Source: Clostridia bacterium (GTDB lineage Bacteria > Bacillota > Clostridia > Oscillospirales > Acutalibacteraceae). From it: DNA of 64,000 bases. The position numbers were made by a program, and so were the translations under genes. The number at the start of each line of letters is the position of its first letter. Positions within the stretch are counted from its first letter, which is position 1. Under the pieces are notes generated by a model. The model was not told the origin of the DNA. It saw only the letters and a list, made by a program, of their open reading frames with translations, and did no database searches. The stretch covers positions 3,350 through 67,349 of the forward strand of contig JAFRXY010000098.1 of NCBI GenBank assembly GCA_017441385.1, read 5' to 3'. Positions 19,353 to 25,965 of the stretch are shown here, in pieces.

Positions 19353-19928
19353 ATGGAAGCTGTTAATTTTCCCTTTGCAATGGAAGAGGAAGAAACAGCC
19401 GACAACGGGTTTGTGAAGTATGAATTCCATTATCAGCTTCACGACCGGATTCAGTGGGGAAGGATGCTCTGCGTTGTGTTGGCGGGTGTATGCACATGGT
19501 TTATGCGAGTCAACTTCTCTATCAGTCTTTTGCGCTGTCTGGATCGCATGATCATCGTATCTGTCGGATTACTGGCTTTATTCAGCCTGACGCAGAATCT
19601 GAAAATCTTCCGCGGCGTAGGTCATTGCTGGCGGGAAGGCGATAAACTGGTGATCGAATGCGGCGATAGAGAATACCGCATTGTCTCCGTCAAAGAGATG
19701 ATCGGCGGCGATACGCGATTTTTCTTCGCAAAATGTTCCACACTCAGCATTACGACCGATCGGGATATTTTTGAAGTTTTCTCGTTGCCGCTGGATTCTG
19801 ACAAACAATTCGAGGATTCTTCCGTCTTTCCGCTCTGTCAGTTCGTTCTGGGGAGTTTTCCGCATTTGCAATCCATAGAATTACCCGGACAAAAGACCAA
19901 GCACAGATATGTGAGAGTCGAAAAATAA
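19353..19928 (+). CDS. hypothetical membrane protein (two predicted TM segments plus a soluble C-terminal domain)
   Basis: GAAGGAG RBS. Hydrophobic stretches are MLCVVLAGVCTWF and IIVSVGLLALFSL. No family was recognised. Confidence 0.6.
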   Translation: MEAVNFPFAMEEEETADNGFVKYEFHYQLHDRIQWGRMLCVVLAGVCTWFMRVNFSISLLRCLDRMIIVSVGLLALFSLTQNLKIFRGVGHCWREGDKLVIECGDREYRIVSVKEMIGGDTRFFFAKCSTLSITTDRDIFEVFSLPLDSDKQFEDSSVFPLCQFVLGSFPHLQSIELPGQKTKHRYVRVEK

Positions 19929-19952
19929 TATTTTATAAGGAGTCTGAAAAAC

Positions 19953-20660
19953 ATGGAAATCATCAATTACGCGCAGGAAATCGGCGCGACTACATACCCC
20001 GGCAGAGGTATTCTGCTGGGAAAGAGCCAAAGCGGAAAATTCGCCGCCATCGCCTACTTCATTATGGGCAGAAGCACGAACAGCCGCAACCGCGTCTTCA
20101 TAGAGCAGGAAGGCGGTATCCGCACCGAAGCCTTCGACCCCTCCAAGCTGGTCGATCCTTCGCTGATTATTTATGCCCCTGTAAGAGTGCTGGGCGACGA
20201 TACCATCGTCACCAACGGCGACCAGACCGACACCATTTATGATTTCATGGCGCAGGGCAAGACCTTCGAGGACGCGCTCAGAACGCGTACCTTCGAGCCT
20301 GACCCGCCGAACTACACCCCCAGAATCAGCGGCATTGTCCATAGGAACGGCGACTATCAGCTCTCCATCCTCAAGAGCGCGAACGGCAACCCCGATTCCG
20401 CCCACCGCTTCTTCTTCGACTACAATGCGACGCCCGCCGGACAGGGTCACTTCATCCACACCTATAAATGCGACGGCAATCCCATTCCCAGCTACGAAGG
20501 CGAGCCGACTTGGGTTTCCATTGACACCGATTCCCTTGAAGAATTCACCGATGCGGTGTGGAACGCGCTCAATGAAGACAACAAGGTCTCCCTCTTTACC
20601 CGCTTCATCGACCTTGCAACAGGCGAAGTGCAGACCAAGATTGTCAACAAGAATGTCTGA
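19953..20660 (+). CDS. IMP cyclohydrolase, archaeal PurO-like family
   Basis: YPGRGILLGKSQSGKFAAIAYFIMGRSTNSRNR resembles the PurO/IMP_cyclohyd N-terminal signature. It lies in the pur operon next to an AICARFT-only purH. AAGGAG RBS. Confidence 0.75.
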   Translation: MEIINYAQEIGATTYPGRGILLGKSQSGKFAAIAYFIMGRSTNSRNRVFIEQEGGIRTEAFDPSKLVDPSLIIYAPVRVLGDDTIVTNGDQTDTIYDFMAQGKTFEDALRTRTFEPDPPNYTPRISGIVHRNGDYQLSILKSANGNPDSAHRFFFDYNATPAGQGHFIHTYKCDGNPIPSYEGEPTWVSIDTDSLEEFTDAVWNALNEDNKVSLFTRFIDLATGEVQTKIVNKNV

Positions 20661-20671
20661 GTGAGAATGAT

Positions 20672-21310
20672 ATGAGCTTAGCAACACAATATATTGAAGG
20701 ATTAAAAAATGCCTATCTCCGCAACGGTGACCTCAGCGCGGAGGAATGGATTCACTTCGAGAGCGTGAAGCAGGGAATCAGCGCGGCGGACGAGATTGCG
20801 CTGCTGGAGAAATACCCCGAAATTCCCGCCTCGCTCGTGGAATTGCTGGAATTTGCCGACGGCACCTACTGGAGAAAATACGGTGAGGAGGAAATCGCCT
20901 TCTACTTCCTCGGCTCCGACGTGGACGAGGGCGGCTATCCCTATTATCTCTACTCCGCTCAGCAGCTCATTGAGGACAACGACATGAATTACGGCGACAA
21001 TTTCGCCGATCTCTTTTACTGGTACAAGGAAGAGATGGAGAAGGAAGGCGGCAGCGACCTGTTCGTTGACCCGCGCATACGCTCCGACGGCTCCCGCTGC
21101 GACTGGCTCTGCTTTTCCGACTGCATGAACAACGGCGGCACTTCCAGCCTCTTCATCGACTACACCCCGTCGGAGTCCGGCAAAAGGGGACAGATCATCC
21201 GCCACCTTCACGACCCCGACCGGCTCGACGTGATCGCCGACAGCTTCGATGATTATCTGAAAATGCTCATCCGAATGAATTACGCCTTTGTGCAACCCGA
21301 ATTCTTTTAA
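20672..21310 (+). CDS. SMI1/KNR4 (SUKH-superfamily) protein
   Basis: SUKH-like core: IALLEKYPEIPASLVELLEFADGTYW ... FLGSD ... IADSFDDYLKMLI. Confidence 0.65.
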   Translation: MSLATQYIEGLKNAYLRNGDLSAEEWIHFESVKQGISAADEIALLEKYPEIPASLVELLEFADGTYWRKYGEEEIAFYFLGSDVDEGGYPYYLYSAQQLIEDNDMNYGDNFADLFYWYKEEMEKEGGSDLFVDPRIRSDGSRCDWLCFSDCMNNGGTSSLFIDYTPSESGKRGQIIRHLHDPDRLDVIADSFDDYLKMLIRMNYAFVQPEFF

Positions 21311-21337
21311 TAAAAATTGAAAGGACGCTTGAAAACA

Positions 21338-22513
21338 ATGAACGAAATGATGCTCAAATACGGCTGCAACCCGAACCAGAAGCCTTCCAGAATCTTTATG
21401 GAGGACGGCGGCGAACTGCCCATTGAAGTGCTCAACGGCAAGCCGGGATATATCAACCTGCTCGACGCTTTCAACAGCTGGCAGCTTGTCAGCGAACTCA
21501 AAAAGGCCACCGGCTACTGTGCGGCGGCTTCCTTCAAGCACGTCAGCCCTGCCGGCGCGGCTATCGGCACTCCTCTTTCCGATGTTCTGAAAAAGATTTA
21601 CTTCGTGGACGACCTCGAGCTTTCGCCCCTTGCCTGCGCCTATGCCAAGGCACGCGGCGCGGACAGAATGTCCAGCTACGGCGACTTCATCGCCCTTTCC
21701 GACGTCTGCGACGTTCCCACAGCGAAGATGATTCAGCGCGAAGTGTCCGACGGCGTGATTGCTCCCGGCTATGAGCCGGAAGCCCTTGAAATCCTCAAAT
21801 CCAAGAGAAAAGGCACCTACTGCATCATTAAGATGGACGAGAATTACAAGCCCGCCGAAATCGAGCGCAAGCAGGTTTACGGCGTGACCTTCGAGCAGGG
21901 AAGAAACGAGCTTGTGATTGATGACGAAATGATGAGCAACATCGTCACCGAGTGCAAGGATCTTCCCGAAACAGCCAAGCACGACCTTATCATCTCGCTC
22001 ATTACCCTGAAATACACCCAGTCCAATTCCGTCTGCTATGTCAAGGACGGTCAGGCAATCGGTGTCGGCGCGGGTCAGCAGTCGAGAGTCCACTGCACCA
22101 GACTCGCCGGCAACAAGGCGGACAACTGGTATCTCAGACAGAATGAGAAGGTGCTGAACCTGCCTTTCAAACCTGACATTCGCCGTCCCGATCGTGACAA
22201 CACCATTGACGTCTATATCAGCGACGATTACGACGATGTTCTCCGCGACGGCACGTGGGAACTCTTCTTCACCGAGAAGCCCGCACCCTTCACCAAGGAG
22301 GAAAAGAAGGCTTGGCTCGCGACCATGAGCGGCGTGTCCCTCGGCAGCGACGCGTTCTTCCCCTTCGGCGACAACATCGAGCGCGCCAAGAGAAGCGGTG
22401 TGCAGTACATTGCCGAACCCGGCGGCTCCATCCGCGACGATAACGTCATCGAGACCTGCAACAAGTACGGCATGACGATGGTCTTTACCGGGATTAGATT
22501 ATTCCATCACTAA
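21338..22513 (+). CDS. purH: AICAR formyltransferase (PurH lacking the MGS-like IMP cyclohydrolase domain)
   Basis: LKYGCNPNQKP, SFKHVSPAGAA, GVGAGQQSRV, GSDAFFPF and EPGGSIRD motifs. At about 391 aa it carries only the AICARFT domain. The start may be ATG 21338, with TTG 21317 as an alternative. Confidence 0.9.
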   Translation: MNEMMLKYGCNPNQKPSRIFMEDGGELPIEVLNGKPGYINLLDAFNSWQLVSELKKATGYCAAASFKHVSPAGAAIGTPLSDVLKKIYFVDDLELSPLACAYAKARGADRMSSYGDFIALSDVCDVPTAKMIQREVSDGVIAPGYEPEALEILKSKRKGTYCIIKMDENYKPAEIERKQVYGVTFEQGRNELVIDDEMMSNIVTECKDLPETAKHDLIISLITLKYTQSNSVCYVKDGQAIGVGAGQQSRVHCTRLAGNKADNWYLRQNEKVLNLPFKPDIRRPDRDNTIDVYISDDYDDVLRDGTWELFFTEKPAPFTKEEKKAWLATMSGVSLGSDAFFPFGDNIERAKRSGVQYIAEPGGSIRDDNVIETCNKYGMTMVFTGIRLFHH

Positions 22514-22594
22514 TGCGCAAACGCTCGCAAGCTCGCTTAGTGAATGGTGAATAGTGAATAACGAATAGTGAATAGTCCGGAGCGCTGCGCGTTG
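22514..22594 (+). repeat. intergenic element family, copy C (GCTCGC module plus 7-nt-phased triplet array)
   Basis: GCGCAAACGCTCGCAAGCTCGCTTAG is followed by TAG/TGG/TAG/TAA/TAG/TAG starting at 22538, 22545, 22552, 22559, 22566 and 22573. Confidence 0.9.
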
Positions 22595-22710
22595 AATATA
22601 ATAATATTTGGATAAATATTGTATTGCCCAACTTACTGATCATTCTGTTATCGCTGTTGGGCTTGCCATACACGGTATGGTAGAATTACAAGAAAGGAAG
22701 ACACGAAACA

Positions 22711-23991
22711 ATGACATATCTGGTAGTCGGCGGCGGCGGAAGGGAACACACCATTATCCGCAAGCTCAAGGAAAGCGCCGACGTTGACAAAATCTACTGC
22801 ACGCCGGGCAACGGCGGCATTTCCAAGGACGCGGAGGTGTTCGATGTCGCCGCGACCGACATCGAGGGCGTTGTCGCTCTCGCCAAGAAGCTCGCGGTGG
22901 ACTGCGTGTTCGTCGCCCCCGACGATCCGCTGGTCATGGGCATGGTGGACGCGCTCAATGAAGAAGGCATCCGCGCCTTCGGCCCCAGCAAAAAAGCCGC
23001 CATCATCGAGGGCAGCAAGGTCTTTTCCAAAGAACTGATGAAGAAGTACGGCATTCCCAGCGCGGCCTACGAAGTATTCAGTGACCCGAAGGAAGCGCTT
23101 GCCTACATCAAGTCCCGCGACAGCTATCCGTCGGTCATCAAGGCGGACGGACTGGCACTCGGCAAGGGCGTGGTCATCGCCGAGAATTTCGATGAAGCCA
23201 AAGCCGCCATTCATTCCATCATGGAGGACAAAATCTTCGGCAATTCCGGCAACAACATTGTCATCGAGGAATTTCTGACCGGCCCCGAAGTGTCGGTTCT
23301 CGCTTTCACGGACGGCAAGTGCGTCAAGCCCATGGTTTCCTCCATGGATCACAAGCGGGTCTTCAACGGCAATCTCGGCCCCAATACCGGCGGTATGGGC
23401 ACCATCAGCCCGAACCCCTTCTACACCGAGGAAGTCGCGCAGGAATGCATGGACAAAATCTTCCTGCCCACCATAAACGCCATGAATGCCGAGGGACGCA
23501 CCTTCAAGGGCTGCCTTTACTTCGGACTCATGCTCACTCCCAACGGCCCGAAGGTGATCGAATACAATTCCCGCTTCGGCGACCCGGAAGCGCAGGTGGT
23601 TCTCCCCAGACTGAAGACCGATTTCTCCAAGATCATTCAGGCTATCATCGATGAAAAACTCTCCGACCTCGATATCGAATGGGACGACGGCGCCTGCGCC
23701 TGTGTGATCATGGCGTCGGGCGGTTATCCCGGCAAGTATGACAAGGGCATTCCCATCGAAGGTCTTGACAAAAACGGACAGGTGGAAGGCGCGATGGTCT
23801 ACCACGCCGGAACGAAATGCTCCGACTTTGCCGGCGGCGGCTTCCTCACGAACGGCGGCAGAGTCCTCGGCGTGACCGCGAAGGGCGCGAACCTCGACGA
23901 AGCGCTTGAAAAGGCCTACGCCGCAGTCGACAAGATCAGATTCAAGGGCGCTCACTTCCGCACCGATATCGGAAGAGCATACAAGAAGTAA
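22711..23991 (+). CDS. purD: phosphoribosylamine--glycine ligase
   Basis: LVVGGGGREH, an ATP-grasp domain (VIKADGLALGKGV, IVIEEFLTGPE, EYNSRFGDPE), and C-terminal TNGGRVLGV. Confidence 0.95.
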   Translation: MTYLVVGGGGREHTIIRKLKESADVDKIYCTPGNGGISKDAEVFDVAATDIEGVVALAKKLAVDCVFVAPDDPLVMGMVDALNEEGIRAFGPSKKAAIIEGSKVFSKELMKKYGIPSAAYEVFSDPKEALAYIKSRDSYPSVIKADGLALGKGVVIAENFDEAKAAIHSIMEDKIFGNSGNNIVIEEFLTGPEVSVLAFTDGKCVKPMVSSMDHKRVFNGNLGPNTGGMGTISPNPFYTEEVAQECMDKIFLPTINAMNAEGRTFKGCLYFGLMLTPNGPKVIEYNSRFGDPEAQVVLPRLKTDFSKIIQAIIDEKLSDLDIEWDDGACACVIMASGGYPGKYDKGIPIEGLDKNGQVEGAMVYHAGTKCSDFAGGGFLTNGGRVLGVTAKGANLDEALEKAYAAVDKIRFKGAHFRTDIGRAYKK

Positions 23992-24127
23992 GGCGCTCGC
24001 GTTTGCTCGCTTTAGATAATAGTGAATAACGAATAGAGAATAATGAAGGAGCGCTTTGCGCCTTCCACATCTATTCATCATTCACCATTCCCCATTCTCT
24101 ATTCACTAAGCGAACGAATGTGAGCGT
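23992..24127. repeat. about 135-bp imperfect palindrome made of two inverted copies of the element family (copy D)
   Basis: The left arm is GCGCTCGCGTTTGCTCGCTTTAG followed by phased TAG/TAG/TAA/TAG/TAA (24013-24043). The central hairpin is GAAGGAGCGC-TTT-GCGCCTTC. The right arm is ATTCNNN heptamers followed by CTAAGCGAACGAATGTGAGCG. Confidence 0.9.
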
Positions 24128-24149
24128 CACAAAACGGGGGTTGTAAAAA

Positions 24150-24551
24150 ATGTCTGAATTAGCAAAATGCTTGGAATGGCTGGAGGAAGCATATCCCGAC
24201 GAGATTGAGCTTTATCCCCGCAAATGCGGCGATGATATTTTACAATTGCTGCCGGAGCCGCTGAGAGAATTCTACTCTTTGTACGACAGCGGTGATTTCC
24301 CCTTCGGGCATATCTTCCCGCCGGAAGAAGCGCTGAATGACCCGATTGCAAAACAGGCGTTCGGGGACGAATGGTTCCAGTTCGGCTGCGACGAGTATTT
24401 TACCTTCTGGCTGTGCCGCACGCAGCCGGACGAGCTGGGACTGTGGTTCGACCCGTGGGATCACGATTCCGAAACCGCCCCGGAGCCTGCCTTTGCAGAT
24501 TTGTCTTCCTTCCTGCATTTTGTGGAAGGGGACAGCGATATCCCGTTCTGA
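24150..24551 (+). CDS. SUKH/SMI1-KNR4-like small protein
   Basis: LLPEPLREFYSLYDSGDFPFG ... WFQFGCDEYFTFWLC ... FADLSSFLHFV follows the pattern of SUKH immunity-type domains. Confidence 0.55.
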   Translation: MSELAKCLEWLEEAYPDEIELYPRKCGDDILQLLPEPLREFYSLYDSGDFPFGHIFPPEEALNDPIAKQAFGDEWFQFGCDEYFTFWLCRTQPDELGLWFDPWDHDSETAPEPAFADLSSFLHFVEGDSDIPF

Positions 24552-24570
24552 GGAAGCGACCTGCGATTCC

Positions 24571-25227
24571 TCAGAAATCCGCCAGAATACTGCCGATGTC
24601 GGTGAGCGGGTAATCCGGGAAGAATTTTACTTTCAGCCCGCGCGATGCAATGAATTGCATGATTGCTTCATAATCGGGATGGGCTGACAGATTGCCGTTG
24701 AAGATGATCTCATCGCCGACTCTTCCCGAAGCGCCGCCCAGAAATCCGTATTCAAAACCATCCAGTCTTACAAAGCCCTGACAAATCGGCAGCACGTCGA
24801 TGTCAGGGTATTTTTTTAAGTTCCCGATGATTCCGCCGTCCGCCGTAATGAGCGAATGGCCGTCCACCACGACGCAATTGCATTTGGTATAGCCCTGCTT
24901 TACGTGAACCGGCTCCAGCCCAAGCGCCTTTGCTTCCTTCAGCAGCGAGGGAGAGGTGTGTTTCAGGTTGTGGATACAATATCTGTCCAAAAAGACCGCG
25001 TTGAATGGAATGTTGTCGGGGTACTTTTCTCCGATTTCACAGAGACCTGCCTTAATGATACGGGCGTGTTGGGCTACTCCTGTTTGGCAGTAATAGATAT
25101 CGGCGTGCGCGTCAACCGCCGGGTATGTCCTATTTCCGTTTGGGACAAAATGAATGGTACGGTCGTAGGATGTCAGATAATCAATGAGTTTTCGGTCGGC
25201 GTTTTGTGAAATATATATGTTTTTCAT
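24571..25227 (-). CDS. conserved hypothetical protein (function not recognised)
   Basis: Long ORF with a GGGAG RBS before the internal ATG (MKNIYISQNAD...). It is convergent with the SUKH-like gene. No diagnostic motif was recognised. Confidence 0.6.
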   Translation of the reverse strand: MKNIYISQNADRKLIDYLTSYDRTIHFVPNGNRTYPAVDAHADIYYCQTGVAQHARIIKAGLCEIGEKYPDNIPFNAVFLDRYCIHNLKHTSPSLLKEAKALGLEPVHVKQGYTKCNCVVVDGHSLITADGGIIGNLKKYPDIDVLPICQGFVRLDGFEYGFLGGASGRVGDEIIFNGNLSAHPDYEAIMQFIASRGLKVKFFPDYPLTDIGSILADF

Positions 25228-25440
25228 AGAATGACTCCCTGCGCTTGTTTCGTATAGATACAATTAATCTTATTTTTATTTGATACGTCACTATTCAAAT
25301 TATACATAAAAAGTTTCATATAAAAACAACGAGGCGTTTTTTGATTTTATTGAACCAAAAACAAATATTTTTTGCATTATTCGGGAATTTTTTGCGTTTT
25401 AAGTATTGACATTCAGTAAATGCTGTGGTACAATTTCAAA

Positions 25441-25522
25441 TGAAGGCTGTGTAATTGCACCACTTACGCAACTTTCGTTCAGCAGAGCAGATGATCTGAT
25501 CATTTGTTCTGCTGTTCTTTTT
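25441..25522 (+). ncRNA. candidate small RNA (promoter-to-terminator unit of about 80 nt)
   Basis: Promoter: TTGACA 25406-25411, 17-nt spacer, TGgTACAAT ending at 25434. Hairpin: 25480-25514 (CAGCAGAGCA paired with TGTTCTGCTG, with an inner ATGATC/GATCAT stem), followed by TTCTTTTT. There is no ORF between promoter and terminator. Confidence 0.35.
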
Positions 25523-25673
25523 GCGTCAATTGGTGAATATATTTTTTGTAAATTTATTATATACCAATCCTCCCACAATGCAAGGGTAAGATGCAAAAAT
25601 AATCAGAAGTTGATTGAGCAAAATTATGAGCAAATTTATGTGGAATTATTCGGTGATTTTTACTAATTAACTG

Positions 25674-25702
25674 TTGACAAAGTTCGCTCTTTATGGTTTA
25701 AT
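25674..25702 (+). promoter_or_regulatory. sigma-A promoter of the glmS leader
   Basis: TTGACA 25674-25679, a 17-nt spacer, then TGgTTTAAT ending at 25702. Confidence 0.55.
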
Positions 25703-25759
25703 AGACTGTAAGCATATCTCAGGAGGTGAACGTGCATTCATAAGCCGCAATCGGCGATT

Positions 25760-25925
25760 GTAAGCAGCAAGCGCCTGAGCCGTCTTTGCGAAAGACACGG
25801 ATATGCTTTGCATCGGAGGACGGCTGACGAGGATGGAAGTTTATCGAGATTTTCGGCGGATGCTTCCCGGCTTTGCAGAGAAGCTGCATATCGGCATACA
25901 AAATCACCGGGCGACCGGAGAACAG
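25760..25925 (+). ncRNA. glmS ribozyme (GlcN6P-dependent self-cleaving leader)
   Basis: Hallmark core GACGAGGATGGAAGTTTATCGAGATTTTCGGCGGATGCTTCCCGGCT at 25826-25872. The A|GCGCC cleavage-site motif is at 25770/25771. The element lies immediately upstream of glmS. Confidence 0.85.
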
Positions 25926-25965
25926 AAGTGCCTTTACTCTGTATACTATTGGAGGTTAAGAAAAT

